Part shown: in pieces, positions 9,031 through 18,307 of the stretch
Position numbering within the stretch: the stretch's first letter is position 1
Layout: each line of letters opens with the position of its first letter
Source of the DNA: Bradymonadia bacterium
GTDB lineage: Bacteria > Myxococcota_A > Bradymonadia > UBA7976 > UBA1532
NCBI GenBank assembly: GCA_046290225.1
Contig: JBKAGE010000080.1
Coordinates: 83,054 to 147,053 of the forward strand
Reading direction: 5' to 3'
Length of the DNA: 64,000 bases
Made by a program: the position numbers and the translations under genes
The notes under the pieces: model-generated
Told to the model about the DNA's origin: nothing
Seen by the model: the letters and a program-made list of their open reading frames with translations, nothing else
Databases searched by the model: none

Positions 9031-11235
9031 ATGAAGAGGCCGCTTTTCGCTCCCCTGCGAGCTGATCACCTCCTGCCCGAGCTCACCTTGTGTGTGCTGG
9101 GGGCGCTCTGCCTCACAGGCTGTTTCACCTTCAGCGTCGATCCCGAGCTGAGCGACTGCTTCAACGACGATTGCCCGGTGGGCGAGCGATGTGTCGAAGG
9201 TGCATGTGCCCCCGTGGTGGATCCTGCAGACATGAGCGATCCACCCGACGCGATGCCGATGCCTGCTGACGCATGTCTCGAAGGTTGCGGGATCCCTCAA
9301 GCCCCCATTTGCGACACCAACCCCTCCCCCGAGGTCCTCGAGGGCCTGGTGGAGCTGTGTGGCAACGAGATCGACGACGACTGCGACGGCACCGCCGACG
9401 AGGCGGATGACGGTGTGTTCTACCGGCCCGATCCCAACTCGGACATCAAGCTCGCCCTTGGGGATCCGTGCGCTCTGGGTCAGGGCGTCTGTGCCTCTGA
9501 AGGCACCGTGATTTGTGATCCCGATGGCGCAGGCGCCCGCCTGAGCTGTAACGCCATGGTGGGCACACCTGCCGAGAGCGACATTTGCAACACCCTCGAC
9601 GATGACTGCGATGGTCGCATCGACGAGGAGACCGACGGCCTCGGCGAGATGTGTACCTCGGGGTTGGGGCAGTGCCAGCGTGTGGGGCTGTCTACGTGCA
9701 ACGCCGAAGGCGAAGTGATTTGCGACGCTGAGCCCGGCCCCAGCGGCCCGGAGATCTGTGACGGTGTGGATCAAGACTGCGACGGCAGCACCGACGAGGA
9801 CTTCCAGATCGGCGAGCCCTGCTCTGTGGGTGAAGGCGCCTGCCAGCAGACAGGGGTCTATGTCTGCACGCTCGACAACAGCGCCTCGATGTGTGACGCC
9901 CCCGAGCCGGGCATGCCTCAGCCCGAGGTGTGCGACGGCGCCATCGATGAAGACTGCGATGGCCGCGTCGACGAAGACTTCGCTGATCAAATCAACCAGC
10001 CCTGCACCGTGGGCGTCGGCGCCTGTGAGCGCGGCGGGGTTCAGCTGTGCGCACCGGATGGTGAAGGCATCGTATGTGGCGTCGAGCCCGGCATGCCCGG
10101 CCTCGCCGATCAGACCTGTGACGGCATCGATGACGACTGTGACGGCAATGTCGACGAAGCCTACGTCGAGATCGCCCAGACGCTCACGTGCGGTGAGGGC
10201 GTCTGTCGCACTGAGGCCCCAACGCAGTGTGTCGAGGCCGCAGTGGTGGAAGAGTGCACCCCTGGCGAGCCCACGGGCGACGACAGCCTCTGCAACAACA
10301 TCGACGAAGACTGTGATGGCCGCATCGACGAGGCTGCGGACATCGTCAACATCGTCTGTGGTGAGGGCGTCTGCGCCGCCAACGGCATCCGCTCCTGTGT
10401 GGGCGGCGAAGTCCAGGAAGTGTGCACCCCCGGTGAGCCACGCGGCCCCGACGGCGATCAGCAACAGTGCAACGCCATCGACGAAGACTGTGACGGCAAC
10501 ATCGACGAAGGGTATGTCGGCGACGAGGTCCGCTGTGGTCTCGGCGCGTGCCGCACCACCACCACCCTCACATGCCAGAACGGTCAGGTGCTCAACCTGT
10601 GTCAACCCGGTGATCCCACGGGCGATGACGACGACTGCGACGGCATCGACGACGACTGTGACGGCGCCATCGACGAGCGATACCCTCAGACGGCCATCGA
10701 GTGCGGCGTGGGCGCCTGCGTACGAGAGGGTGTGCAGCTCTGCACCGACGGAGCACCTGTAGACGAGTGCGTGCCTGGCGATCCTGTGGGGGCAGACGAC
10801 GACTGCAACAACATCGACGATGACTGCGATGGTCTCGTCGACGAGGGCTATGTCTTTGCAGAGGTCGCGTGCGACGACGGCGCGCGGTGCAGCCTCCGAG
10901 GCCGAAGCCAGTGCATCGAGGGTGAAGAGCGCCTCACGTGTCGCGACGGTGATCCCATCATCGAGGGCGGCAACTGCAACGGTGTGGACGAAGACTGTGA
11001 TGGCATCGCTGACGAGGAATACATCGGCGGTGAAGCGTGCGAAGTCACAGGTGCCATCGGCGCCTGTGCCCGAGGCACCACCCAGTGCACCGGCGGTCGA
11101 GTACAGTGTCGGGTGTCGCGGCCTGATGAAGAGGCCTGCGATGGGATCGACAACGACTGTGATGGTCGCGTCGACGAAGACGAGCAGTGTCAGGGGCTAC
11201 AAGATCCCGAAGCCCCAGTGGATCCCGTCCCCTAG
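9031..11235 (+). CDS. Second Cys/Asp-rich lipoprotein with ~11 MopE-like repeats
   Basis: Lipobox LTGC ~30 aa after ATG 9031; same repeat unit as the upstream gene (alternative start 8983). Confidence 0.82.
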   Translation: MKRPLFAPLRADHLLPELTLCVLGALCLTGCFTFSVDPELSDCFNDDCPVGERCVEGACAPVVDPADMSDPPDAMPMPADACLEGCGIPQAPICDTNPSPEVLEGLVELCGNEIDDDCDGTADEADDGVFYRPDPNSDIKLALGDPCALGQGVCASEGTVICDPDGAGARLSCNAMVGTPAESDICNTLDDDCDGRIDEETDGLGEMCTSGLGQCQRVGLSTCNAEGEVICDAEPGPSGPEICDGVDQDCDGSTDEDFQIGEPCSVGEGACQQTGVYVCTLDNSASMCDAPEPGMPQPEVCDGAIDEDCDGRVDEDFADQINQPCTVGVGACERGGVQLCAPDGEGIVCGVEPGMPGLADQTCDGIDDDCDGNVDEAYVEIAQTLTCGEGVCRTEAPTQCVEAAVVEECTPGEPTGDDSLCNNIDEDCDGRIDEAADIVNIVCGEGVCAANGIRSCVGGEVQEVCTPGEPRGPDGDQQQCNAIDEDCDGNIDEGYVGDEVRCGLGACRTTTTLTCQNGQVLNLCQPGDPTGDDDDCDGIDDDCDGAIDERYPQTAIECGVGACVREGVQLCTDGAPVDECVPGDPVGADDDCNNIDDDCDGLVDEGYVFAEVACDDGARCSLRGRSQCIEGEERLTCRDGDPIIEGGNCNGVDEDCDGIADEEYIGGEACEVTGAIGACARGTTQCTGGRVQCRVSRPDEEACDGIDNDCDGRVDEDEQCQGLQDPEAPVDPVP

Positions 11236-11264
11236 AGCGCTGATTCACAGTCGAACGAGGCAAT

Positions 11265-11768
11265 GGTGAAAGCTGGGGCTGTGTAGGCAGTCATCGCTTC
11301 GCTCTGCCTGCGTAGGCGCCCGGTCTTCGGCAGCCCTTCGGGCCGCCTCGTCGGTCGCGTACACGTCGGCACACTCGCTGGCGCGAGCAGGCCTCCGGGT
11401 AGGCAGGGTCGCTCAGGGCTGCGCCCTGTTTGCTCGCTCCCCTGCGTAAAAAGTCAGTTCTGGTGTGGCTTTGGGGGTACTTTCAACGCTATTGGGGCTT
11501 ACGCCGAACGTTTGATGTTCAGAAGCTTGTACGTTCGCGGCAGGTCGAGTGCCGGCAGACATCAGCAACAAGATACAGAAGAAGCTCTTTACGCAGGGGA
11601 GCGAGCGAGTAAGGCGAAGCCTTGAGCGACCCTGCTTACCCGGAGGCCTGCTCGCTTCAGCGAGCGTGGCGACGTGTACGCAGCTCCAAGGCGGGCCGAA
11701 GGCCGGCCGTCGGCAGCTGCCTACGCAGGCAGAGCGAAGCGATGACTGCCTTCACAGCCCCAGCCACC
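11265..11768. repeat. Palindromic element A: ~180-bp imperfect inverted arms around a ~137-nt core
   Basis: Left arm GCTGGGGCTGTGTAGGCAGTCATCGCTTCGCTCTGCCTGCGTAGGC... (11272-11450) is the reverse complement of right arm ...GCCTACGCAGGCAGAGCGAAGCGATGACTGCCTTCACAGCCCCAGC (11588-11764); lies between convergent genes. Confidence 0.9.
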
Positions 11769-11823
11769 TACGGCCGCCCCAGCCCTATTCGACTCTGAAT
11801 CAAGGCTCTCAAAGGCCCTCACC

Positions 11824-12363
11824 TCAGGGCAACACCATCTCGCAGTTGTTGGGGAAGGCGCTGCGACCAGCGGTGGTCTCACACAGACAATCCTTGATGG
11901 CCAGGTTGGCGCAGCGGCCCGACATCCCACCGAAGTACGTCATGCAGATGCCACGCTGAGGCGGACACTGGCGGTTATTGGGGCCACCACACTCCGTCAT
12001 GTCGTCGCGGACGCAGGCGCCCTCGTCGCAGATGTAGCTCTCAGGGCAGGGCGTCGCTTCGTCACACGCCTCGCCGAGAGCCTCGCACATGAAGGGGGGG
12101 GCTGCGTCGGGCAGCGGCTCAGCGTCGGCGCGGGGCTCGGCATCAGGCATGGCCTCTGCGTCGGGCACCTCGGCGTCGAGATCCATCTCGCCGCCGGCAC
12201 CAGCCTCGCCGCCTGCACCTGCTTCACCACCGCCGGCTCCGGCCTCGCCACCACCGGCACCCGCGACGGCTCCGCCCTCACCACCAGAATCACTGTCGTC
12301 GTCACAGCCGACCGTGAGGGCCAAAGCGAGTGACATCCACACCATTGCGCTCTTGATTTGCAT
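11824..12363 (-). CDS. Small lipoprotein with GGEAGAG stalk and Cys-rich C-terminal domain
   Basis: Lipobox TVGC; Gly/Ala repeats; PDAEP repeats; Cys-rich end; GGAG RBS. Confidence 0.75.
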   Translation of the reverse strand: MQIKSAMVWMSLALALTVGCDDDSDSGGEGGAVAGAGGGEAGAGGGEAGAGGEAGAGGEMDLDAEVPDAEAMPDAEPRADAEPLPDAAPPFMCEALGEACDEATPCPESYICDEGACVRDDMTECGGPNNRQCPPQRGICMTYFGGMSGRCANLAIKDCLCETTAGRSAFPNNCEMVLP

Positions 12364-12595
12364 GATCGTTCTCCCGTGAGTCGACGCCGCCTCTTACCGG
12401 TCAGGGGGGATCATACGCAAGTAGATCGACGCGCCAAGCCCATGAAGAAGCCTCATGTGGGGGCCTCACCGGGGGCTTAAATTTCCTCCCATTTGCATCT
12501 TTCGTGTCGTGAGGGTGCACACACCCGGGCGTTCCGGTTACACTCCGGCGTCGTACGATACTGATCTTGAAACCCTGTTTGGAGTTGAGGCCGCC

Positions 12596-13834
12596 ATGCG
12601 TTCCAGCAAGAGGCTCACCGATTTTCTCACCCTTGTGTTCTCTATCTCCCTGGCCACGGCCGTCGTCGGCTGTGACTCCGAGGAGTCCGAAGGCGACAAC
12701 GGCGGTGCCGGTGGCGCCGGCGCGGTCGGGGGTGAAGCCGGCGGTGGCGCTGGCGGTGCCGCAGGTGGCGAAGCTGGCGCTGGTGGCGGCGAAGCTGGCG
12801 CTGGTGGCGGCGAGGCCGGTGCCGGTGGTGGCGAGGCTGGTGCAGGCGGCGGCGAGGCCGGCGCTGGTGGTATGGCCATGGGCGGCGAGGGCGGCGGCGA
12901 GCCCCCTGCCCCTGTGTGCGAGGGCAACGAGTTCTTCGTGAACAGCGAGCTCGCCCGTTTCCAGGATCCGGGCTTCCGCTACATCGGCATCGATGACCGC
13001 TTCAACGGCCCCATCTCCTTCATCAGCGTCGAGGTGGGTGACACCGTCGAGGCCGGGTCCTACGACCTCGCCGGCACCAACTTCAACGACTGTGAGGTCT
13101 GTGTCTACGCCGCTCAGGGCTGTGGCGAGAACGGCTGCGAGAAGATCTTCTACGCCGACGAGGGCTCTGTGGAGATCACCGGCTTCGACGGGCCCGGCGG
13201 TCAGTGGCAGGCCAACTTCAACAACACCATCTTCACCGAGGTGGACCTCGGCCCCGGCAACGTCTCCACCCCCGTCGACGGCGGCGAGACTTTCTGCATG
13301 GCCGACCAGGCCTTCGACGTCACCCTGCCCTCCCTCGTCAACCATCCGGTGCCCAACTTCGAGCTTCAGAACTGCGCCACCGGTGAGTTCGAGAGCATGC
13401 ACGACATCGTCGGCGACATCCCCGCCCTCTGGATCGTGCTCAGCGCCGGCTGGTGCAGCGCCTGTCACCAGTTCATCCCCAACGTGATGCTGCCCACGGC
13501 TCAGGCTCGCCCCGACGCCATCAAACCCATCATCATCGTTGGTGAAGACGACAACTTCGGCCCCGTGGACCTTGACTTCTGCGAGCGCTACGCCTCTCGC
13601 TACGAGGCCTACGACGCCGATCTGAGCATGTTCTACATCGACCACGACGGCACCAGCAGCTTCTCCACCATGTTCGCCAACATGTGGGCCTACTTCGGCC
13701 CCAACGGCGAGTTCGGTCTGCCCTGGAACGGCCTCATCCGCGGTGGTGACAACGTGTACTTCTACGGCGACGGCGCTTCTGGCCAGGGCCGTGAGGGCCT
13801 CACCGATGCCCTGAACACGCTCATCGGCGAGTGA
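12596..13834 (+). CDS. Lipoprotein with GGEAGAG stalk and C-terminal thioredoxin/redoxin-like domain
   Basis: ATG 12596 after GAGG; lipobox VVGC; tandem GGEAGAG; PNFELQNC...SAGWCSAC (WCxxC). Confidence 0.78.
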   Translation: MRSSKRLTDFLTLVFSISLATAVVGCDSEESEGDNGGAGGAGAVGGEAGGGAGGAAGGEAGAGGGEAGAGGGEAGAGGGEAGAGGGEAGAGGMAMGGEGGGEPPAPVCEGNEFFVNSELARFQDPGFRYIGIDDRFNGPISFISVEVGDTVEAGSYDLAGTNFNDCEVCVYAAQGCGENGCEKIFYADEGSVEITGFDGPGGQWQANFNNTIFTEVDLGPGNVSTPVDGGETFCMADQAFDVTLPSLVNHPVPNFELQNCATGEFESMHDIVGDIPALWIVLSAGWCSACHQFIPNVMLPTAQARPDAIKPIIIVGEDDNFGPVDLDFCERYASRYEAYDADLSMFYIDHDGTSSFSTMFANMWAYFGPNGEFGLPWNGLIRGGDNVYFYGDGASGQGREGLTDALNTLIGE

Positions 13835-14916
13835 TTTCGCCTTTCCCTCCTGCGCTCCGTGGCTGCATCTTGCTGGCCACGCTCGCCTGCCTGAGCGCCT
13901 GCGACAGCGACACATCTTCTTCAGATACTGTTGATGCAGCCCAGTTCGAAGGTGATGCCTCACCTCAACAGCTCGGCATGCCTGATGCGTCTGCTCAGAC
14001 AGATGCAGGGCTCGCGTCGGACGCCGAGACCAGCGATGGTGGGGTATCCCTCGCCGATGCCGGGCCTCCACCGACCGTAGATGAGTGCTTTGGCGACATC
14101 GTCGGCGCCCTCGGCCCTGACTATTCGCCGTATGATCCGGTCATGGGACACCACTGCCTGGGCACGAACCATCAGACCATCGAGGGGGTGCAACGGGTGG
14201 TCTTCCTCGGTGACTCGGTCACCAAGGGCACCCCGCCGACCCGTCGAGAAGAGTACTACCGCAATGTGCTCGGTGAGCGACTCACCGCATTGTGGGGTGA
14301 CGATCTCGTCATCGACGACTGCTCAGATCTCGGCGCCCGAACCGACGACTTCCTGCTGGGTAAAAAGCAGATCGAACGGTGCTTCCCCGAGGGCGGCGAC
14401 GAGCGCACCACCCTGGTGGTCTTCACAATGGGTGGGAACGACATCTTCGAATGGGCCCAGGCCGATCTCGACCTCGACGACGCCCTCGTCGAAGCCGACA
14501 AAGCCGCCGAGCTGCTCGACGATGCCATCACTTGGCTCACGACACCGCGACGGTTCCCCAACGGATCTTTCGTGATCTTCGCCAATCCGTACGAGTACAC
14601 CGACGCCACGGGCGATCTCGCCTCGTGTGACATCGCTCGCCGGGTGGGCATCACCGAGAACTGGCTGCGGGGGGCCCCTTCGGTGGTCTACTTCCAGTCG
14701 CGATACATGGAGATCGCCACACGCCATCAGGTGGATCTGATTTTCACCTTGGAGCACTTCTGCGGCCACGGGTTCCACAACGAGAACCCGGAGAGTCAGT
14801 GCTATCGGGGCCCGAACACCCCGCGGTGGTTCGACTTCACGTGCATCCACCCCACCCCTGAGGGGCACGGGGTCATCGCCGACATGTTCGAGGCCGTCGT
14901 CATCGATCGTCGCTGA
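13831..14916 (+). CDS. SGNH/GDSL hydrolase family lipoprotein
   Basis: Lipobox LSAC; block I FLGDSVT, block III GGND, block V CIHP; GTGA overlap with the upstream gene. Confidence 0.8.
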   Translation: MISPFPPALRGCILLATLACLSACDSDTSSSDTVDAAQFEGDASPQQLGMPDASAQTDAGLASDAETSDGGVSLADAGPPPTVDECFGDIVGALGPDYSPYDPVMGHHCLGTNHQTIEGVQRVVFLGDSVTKGTPPTRREEYYRNVLGERLTALWGDDLVIDDCSDLGARTDDFLLGKKQIERCFPEGGDERTTLVVFTMGGNDIFEWAQADLDLDDALVEADKAAELLDDAITWLTTPRRFPNGSFVIFANPYEYTDATGDLASCDIARRVGITENWLRGAPSVVYFQSRYMEIATRHQVDLIFTLEHFCGHGFHNENPESQCYRGPNTPRWFDFTCIHPTPEGHGVIADMFEAVVIDRR

Positions 14917-14934
14917 GCCACAAGGCTCGGCGAC

Positions 14935-15960
14935 TCATCGACAGGCGCCAGCCTCAGCGCAATCAGCATCAGCACAGTCAACCTGGCCGTCACCGTCGTT
15001 GTCGATGGTGTCGAGGCAGAACCCTGCCTCATCTTCACGACACAGGCTCACCAGGGCGTTTCGGCTACAGCCGAAGTCTTCGCAGTCGACGAAGCCGTTC
15101 TCGTCGTTGTCGATGCCGTCGCTGCACAGCTCGTCGGTGTTCTCCGCAGGGCCACACACGGTGACCCAGGGGTTGCGACCGCAGCCGAAGTCTTCACAGT
15201 CGGTGAAGCCATTCTCGTCATTGTCGAGCCCGTCTCCACACAGGATGTTCCGGTTCTCGGCCATGGGGCAGACCGTCACCGTGGGCGTGTACGTGCAGTG
15301 GAAGTCGTCGCAATCGGTGAAGCCGTCACCATCATCGTCGATCCCATTGCTGCAACGGGCGTCGGTGGCCTCGTGCAATTGGGGATCATAAGGACCCTCT
15401 GGCGCAGGGCCACCGCCGGCGCCACCAAGCGCCCCGCCCATGCCACCGGCGCCGGCCACAGGCTCGCCGCCCATACCACCAGCACCGGCCACGGGCTCAC
15501 CACCCGCCCCTCCGGCACCGGCCACAGGCTCGCCGCCTGCGCCACCTGTCATCCCGCCGGCACCGGCCACAGGCTCACCGCCCATGCCACCGGCACCGCC
15601 AGCACCAGCCACGGGCTCACCACCAGCACCACCCGTCATACCACCCGCGCCAGCGACGGGCTCACCGCCAGTGCCGCCCATGGACATGCCACCAGAGCCA
15701 CCCACAGGGGTGCGGCCGTCACCGCAGTCAGTGCTGGGCAAACGATCTTCGGGGGACTGGCCAACAACGCAGAGCATGTCGACGCAGACCCCTTGAGCGG
15801 CGCCGTTGCGCGTCTCTGCAGAGCAGCAGGGACCCACGATTTCAGTGTCTCTCAGCTGACACTGCTCTGCACTGTCGTTGTCAGATTCACAGCCCAGGGT
15901 GAGCGCGGTCAGCGCCGCCCAGGCCAGCGTCGTCCATCGTCGGTTCAAAGTGATGCGCAT
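14935..15960 (-). CDS. Lipoprotein with GGEPVAGAGG stalk and four Cys/Asp-rich DNDxNGxxDCxD repeats
   Basis: GGAGGA RBS before ATG 15960; lipobox TLGC; repeats CSNGIDDDGDGFTDCDD, CGDGLDNDENGFTDCED, etc. Confidence 0.78.
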   Translation of the reverse strand: MRITLNRRWTTLAWAALTALTLGCESDNDSAEQCQLRDTEIVGPCCSAETRNGAAQGVCVDMLCVVGQSPEDRLPSTDCGDGRTPVGGSGGMSMGGTGGEPVAGAGGMTGGAGGEPVAGAGGAGGMGGEPVAGAGGMTGGAGGEPVAGAGGAGGEPVAGAGGMGGEPVAGAGGMGGALGGAGGGPAPEGPYDPQLHEATDARCSNGIDDDGDGFTDCDDFHCTYTPTVTVCPMAENRNILCGDGLDNDENGFTDCEDFGCGRNPWVTVCGPAENTDELCSDGIDNDENGFVDCEDFGCSRNALVSLCREDEAGFCLDTIDNDGDGQVDCADADCAEAGACR

Positions 15961-16065
15961 GGGTCCTCCTGCATAATCGCGCGCTTGGTAACATGTCGCG
16001 GCAGGGTGGTTCAATGTGATGTGCTGGATGAGGGCTCGATGGCGTGTGACGAGAAGAGGAGGAAA

Positions 16066-16120
16066 CGGTGTCGGTCCACCACGGGCAGGACTGTAGAAGA
16101 CAGCTGATGGACCGACACCG
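16066..16120 (-). terminator. 13-bp perfect stem (CGGTGTCGGTCCA / TGGACCGACACCG), followed on the minus strand by a pyrimidine tract; possible terminator or attenuator
   Basis: Inverted repeat 16066-16078 / 16108-16120; minus strand continues TTTCCTCCTCTTCTC. The loop (29 nt) is large for a classical terminator. Confidence 0.4.
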
Positions 16121-16181
16121 CCCAAGGTGGGCTGAGCAAGAGAGGTATGCACCTCTTGGGGTAGGTTGCATGCCTTGGTTG

Positions 16182-16197
16182 AGCAACCCGTGTGCCA
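16182..16197 (-). promoter_or_regulatory. Sigma-54 (-24/-12) promoter, leftward
   Basis: Minus strand reads TGGCAC-ACGGG-TTGCT, an exact match to TGGCAC-N5-TTGCW; divergent from a sigma-54 activator gene. Confidence 0.8.
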
Positions 16198-16257
16198 AGC
16201 AGCGGACGCTGGCATTTTCCTGGCATCATGGCCACAATCCATTCATCGACGCGAATC

Positions 16258-16282
16258 CATGTGTAGCGTTGCGCTACACATG
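16258..16282. promoter_or_regulatory. Palindromic operator / enhancer-binding-protein UAS candidate
   Basis: CATGTGTAGCG-TTG-CGCTACACATG, perfect 11-bp arms with a TGT...ACA core, ~90-110 bp upstream of the predicted sigma-54 transcription start. Confidence 0.6.
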
Positions 16283-16300
16283 ACGCGAAAGAGGTCAGTC

Positions 16301-18286
16301 ATGGACAACACCCCCCTGGTCCTCGAAGACGTCGCACTGACGCAGTGGTCACGTTTTGTCGAAAGCAATGGCCAACCTTCGACCCTCGTCCCCAGCACGC
16401 TCTCACGGTGTTGGCGTCGGGTGATCGAGCTGGGGGTGGATCCCAACGGCGAGCGCCCGACAGATCACCTGTTGCGTGGTTCAGACCTGTCGGATCGGCG
16501 AGCAGCCCTAGAATCAGTCTGGTCGATCTCCAACCAGGTGTTTCAAGAGGCAGCCCAGGCTTTCTCCGACCGCGACTACATCACGTTGCTCACGGATCGC
16601 GATGGAGTGGTCCTGCAATCCCTCGGGGGCGGCAACTTCTCCGACATGGCCCGGTCGTCCCTGCTCATCGAGGGGGCCTGCTGGGGTGAGCCACACCGAG
16701 GCACCAATGCCATCGGCACCGCCATCGCGGAGAAGCGTCCGGTGGTGGTCCACGGGCGTGCACACTTCGAGCGTTCGAACCATGAGCTGGTGTGCTATGC
16801 CAGCCCGATTCGCGATCCCTATGGAGAGGTCATCGCCGTCCTCGACGCGACATCCTTCTCTGTTGCAGCTGATCCCTTCGTACACCACGCGATCCGCACA
16901 GCGGCCCGCGCCGTGGAGGAGATGATCCGGCTGCAAGCATATGCGGGGGTGGGACCCGGCATGCTGCAAACGCTGAGCAGCACGCTCGACCGCATCGACG
17001 GGCCCGCCTTCCTCGTGGAACGCCCAGGTGTGATTCGACATGCCAACGTGCATGCGCTGCAAAGCTATGCGCTGCGCCCTGGCTACACCTCACTCTCGAG
17101 TCTGGTGTCGATGAGCTGGGACGACCTGCTCCACGAGATCGTCAAGCCTTCTCGAGGCGGCCATGCAGTTGTTGACGCCCTGGGCCGGCAACATCTCTTG
17201 CGAGCAGAGCCCATCTTCGGCCCTCAAGAGCAAGTGCTGGCCACGCTGGTGATTCTGACGCCCTCTCGTGCAGGCCGCTCGACGCCTGTCCGAACGCCTG
17301 CCCCACGCAAAACGACGGATCCGTTCGATCCGATCTTTTGTGCTGATCCACAGGTGGCACAGGCGGTGAGCACAGCCCGACGCGTGGCCCGGAGCAATCT
17401 GCCGGTGATGCTCCTCGCGGAGAGCGGTACAGGCAAGGAGCTGTTCGCCCAGGCGATCCACAAAGCGAGCCGCCGCGCTGATGGGCCCTTCGTGGCCCTG
17501 AACTGCGGCGCGCTGTCGCCGAATCTCTTGGAGAGCGAGCTGTTCGGCTACGGGCCGGGGGCCTTCACAGGGGCAGATCGCCGCGGCCGCGACGGTCAGC
17601 TCCAGGCAGCCCACGAGGGTACGTTGTTCCTCGACGAAGTGGCGGAGATGCCTCAAACGATGCAGGCGATGTTGCTGCGGGTTCTGGAGACGGGCCGCTT
17701 CCACCGTGTGGGTGAGACCCAGGAACGCCAGGTGAGCGTGCGCCTGATTTGTGCCACCTGCGCCGAGCTGCCTCGCATGGTGGCGGAGAAGCGTTTTCGC
17801 AGCGATCTCTACTATCGCCTCAAAGGCATCTCGCTGGCGCTGCCTACGCTCCGAGCCCGCACGGATGTGGTGCCTCTCGCGGAGTACCTGCTGGAGCGTA
17901 TCTGCCATGATGAGGGCTTCGAGCATGTACCCGAGCTCTCTCCGGAGTTCGGGCAATGGCTCACCCGCTTCGACTGGCCTGGCAATGTCAGAGAGCTGCG
18001 TACAACGCTGCACTGCGCGCTCATCATGTCGGGTGATGCGCCGGTCCTCACTCTGGAGCACCTGCCTCCGGGCACTGAGCTCTCCATCTTCACCGAGCCT
18101 GCACCGTCGACCACACCCACACCCGGTAACCATCTGGCTTCAGGTCGAAACCTCAACGGCCTGGAAGGTGAGGCGGTCCGCACGGCCCTGAGAGAGGCTG
18201 CAGGCAACGTAAGCCAGGCAGCCCGTACCCTCGGCGTGGCTCGAAGCACGCTCTACCGCATGATGAAACGTCACGGCTTGGACTGA
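16301..18286 (+). CDS. Sigma-54-dependent activator, GAF-AAA+-Fis HTH (AcoR-like)
   Basis: GAF region with W.E...GTNAIGTA; AESGTGKE, ESELFGY..GAFTGA, LFLDEV, WPGNVREL; C-terminal NVSQAARTLGVARSTLYR. GAGGT RBS favours ATG 16301. Confidence 0.92.
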   Translation: MDNTPLVLEDVALTQWSRFVESNGQPSTLVPSTLSRCWRRVIELGVDPNGERPTDHLLRGSDLSDRRAALESVWSISNQVFQEAAQAFSDRDYITLLTDRDGVVLQSLGGGNFSDMARSSLLIEGACWGEPHRGTNAIGTAIAEKRPVVVHGRAHFERSNHELVCYASPIRDPYGEVIAVLDATSFSVAADPFVHHAIRTAARAVEEMIRLQAYAGVGPGMLQTLSSTLDRIDGPAFLVERPGVIRHANVHALQSYALRPGYTSLSSLVSMSWDDLLHEIVKPSRGGHAVVDALGRQHLLRAEPIFGPQEQVLATLVILTPSRAGRSTPVRTPAPRKTTDPFDPIFCADPQVAQAVSTARRVARSNLPVMLLAESGTGKELFAQAIHKASRRADGPFVALNCGALSPNLLESELFGYGPGAFTGADRRGRDGQLQAAHEGTLFLDEVAEMPQTMQAMLLRVLETGRFHRVGETQERQVSVRLICATCAELPRMVAEKRFRSDLYYRLKGISLALPTLRARTDVVPLAEYLLERICHDEGFEHVPELSPEFGQWLTRFDWPGNVRELRTTLHCALIMSGDAPVLTLEHLPPGTELSIFTEPAPSTTPTPGNHLASGRNLNGLEGEAVRTALREAAGNVSQAARTLGVARSTLYRMMKRHGLD

Positions 18287-18307
18287 GCGTTCCTCGTGCA
18301 GTGTACG

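Noticed and set aside
11430..11959. Small ORFs inside palindromic element A (also 25283-25903 and 31394-31768)
   Set aside because: They run through inverted-repeat DNA, and reading frames are not conserved between the element copies.
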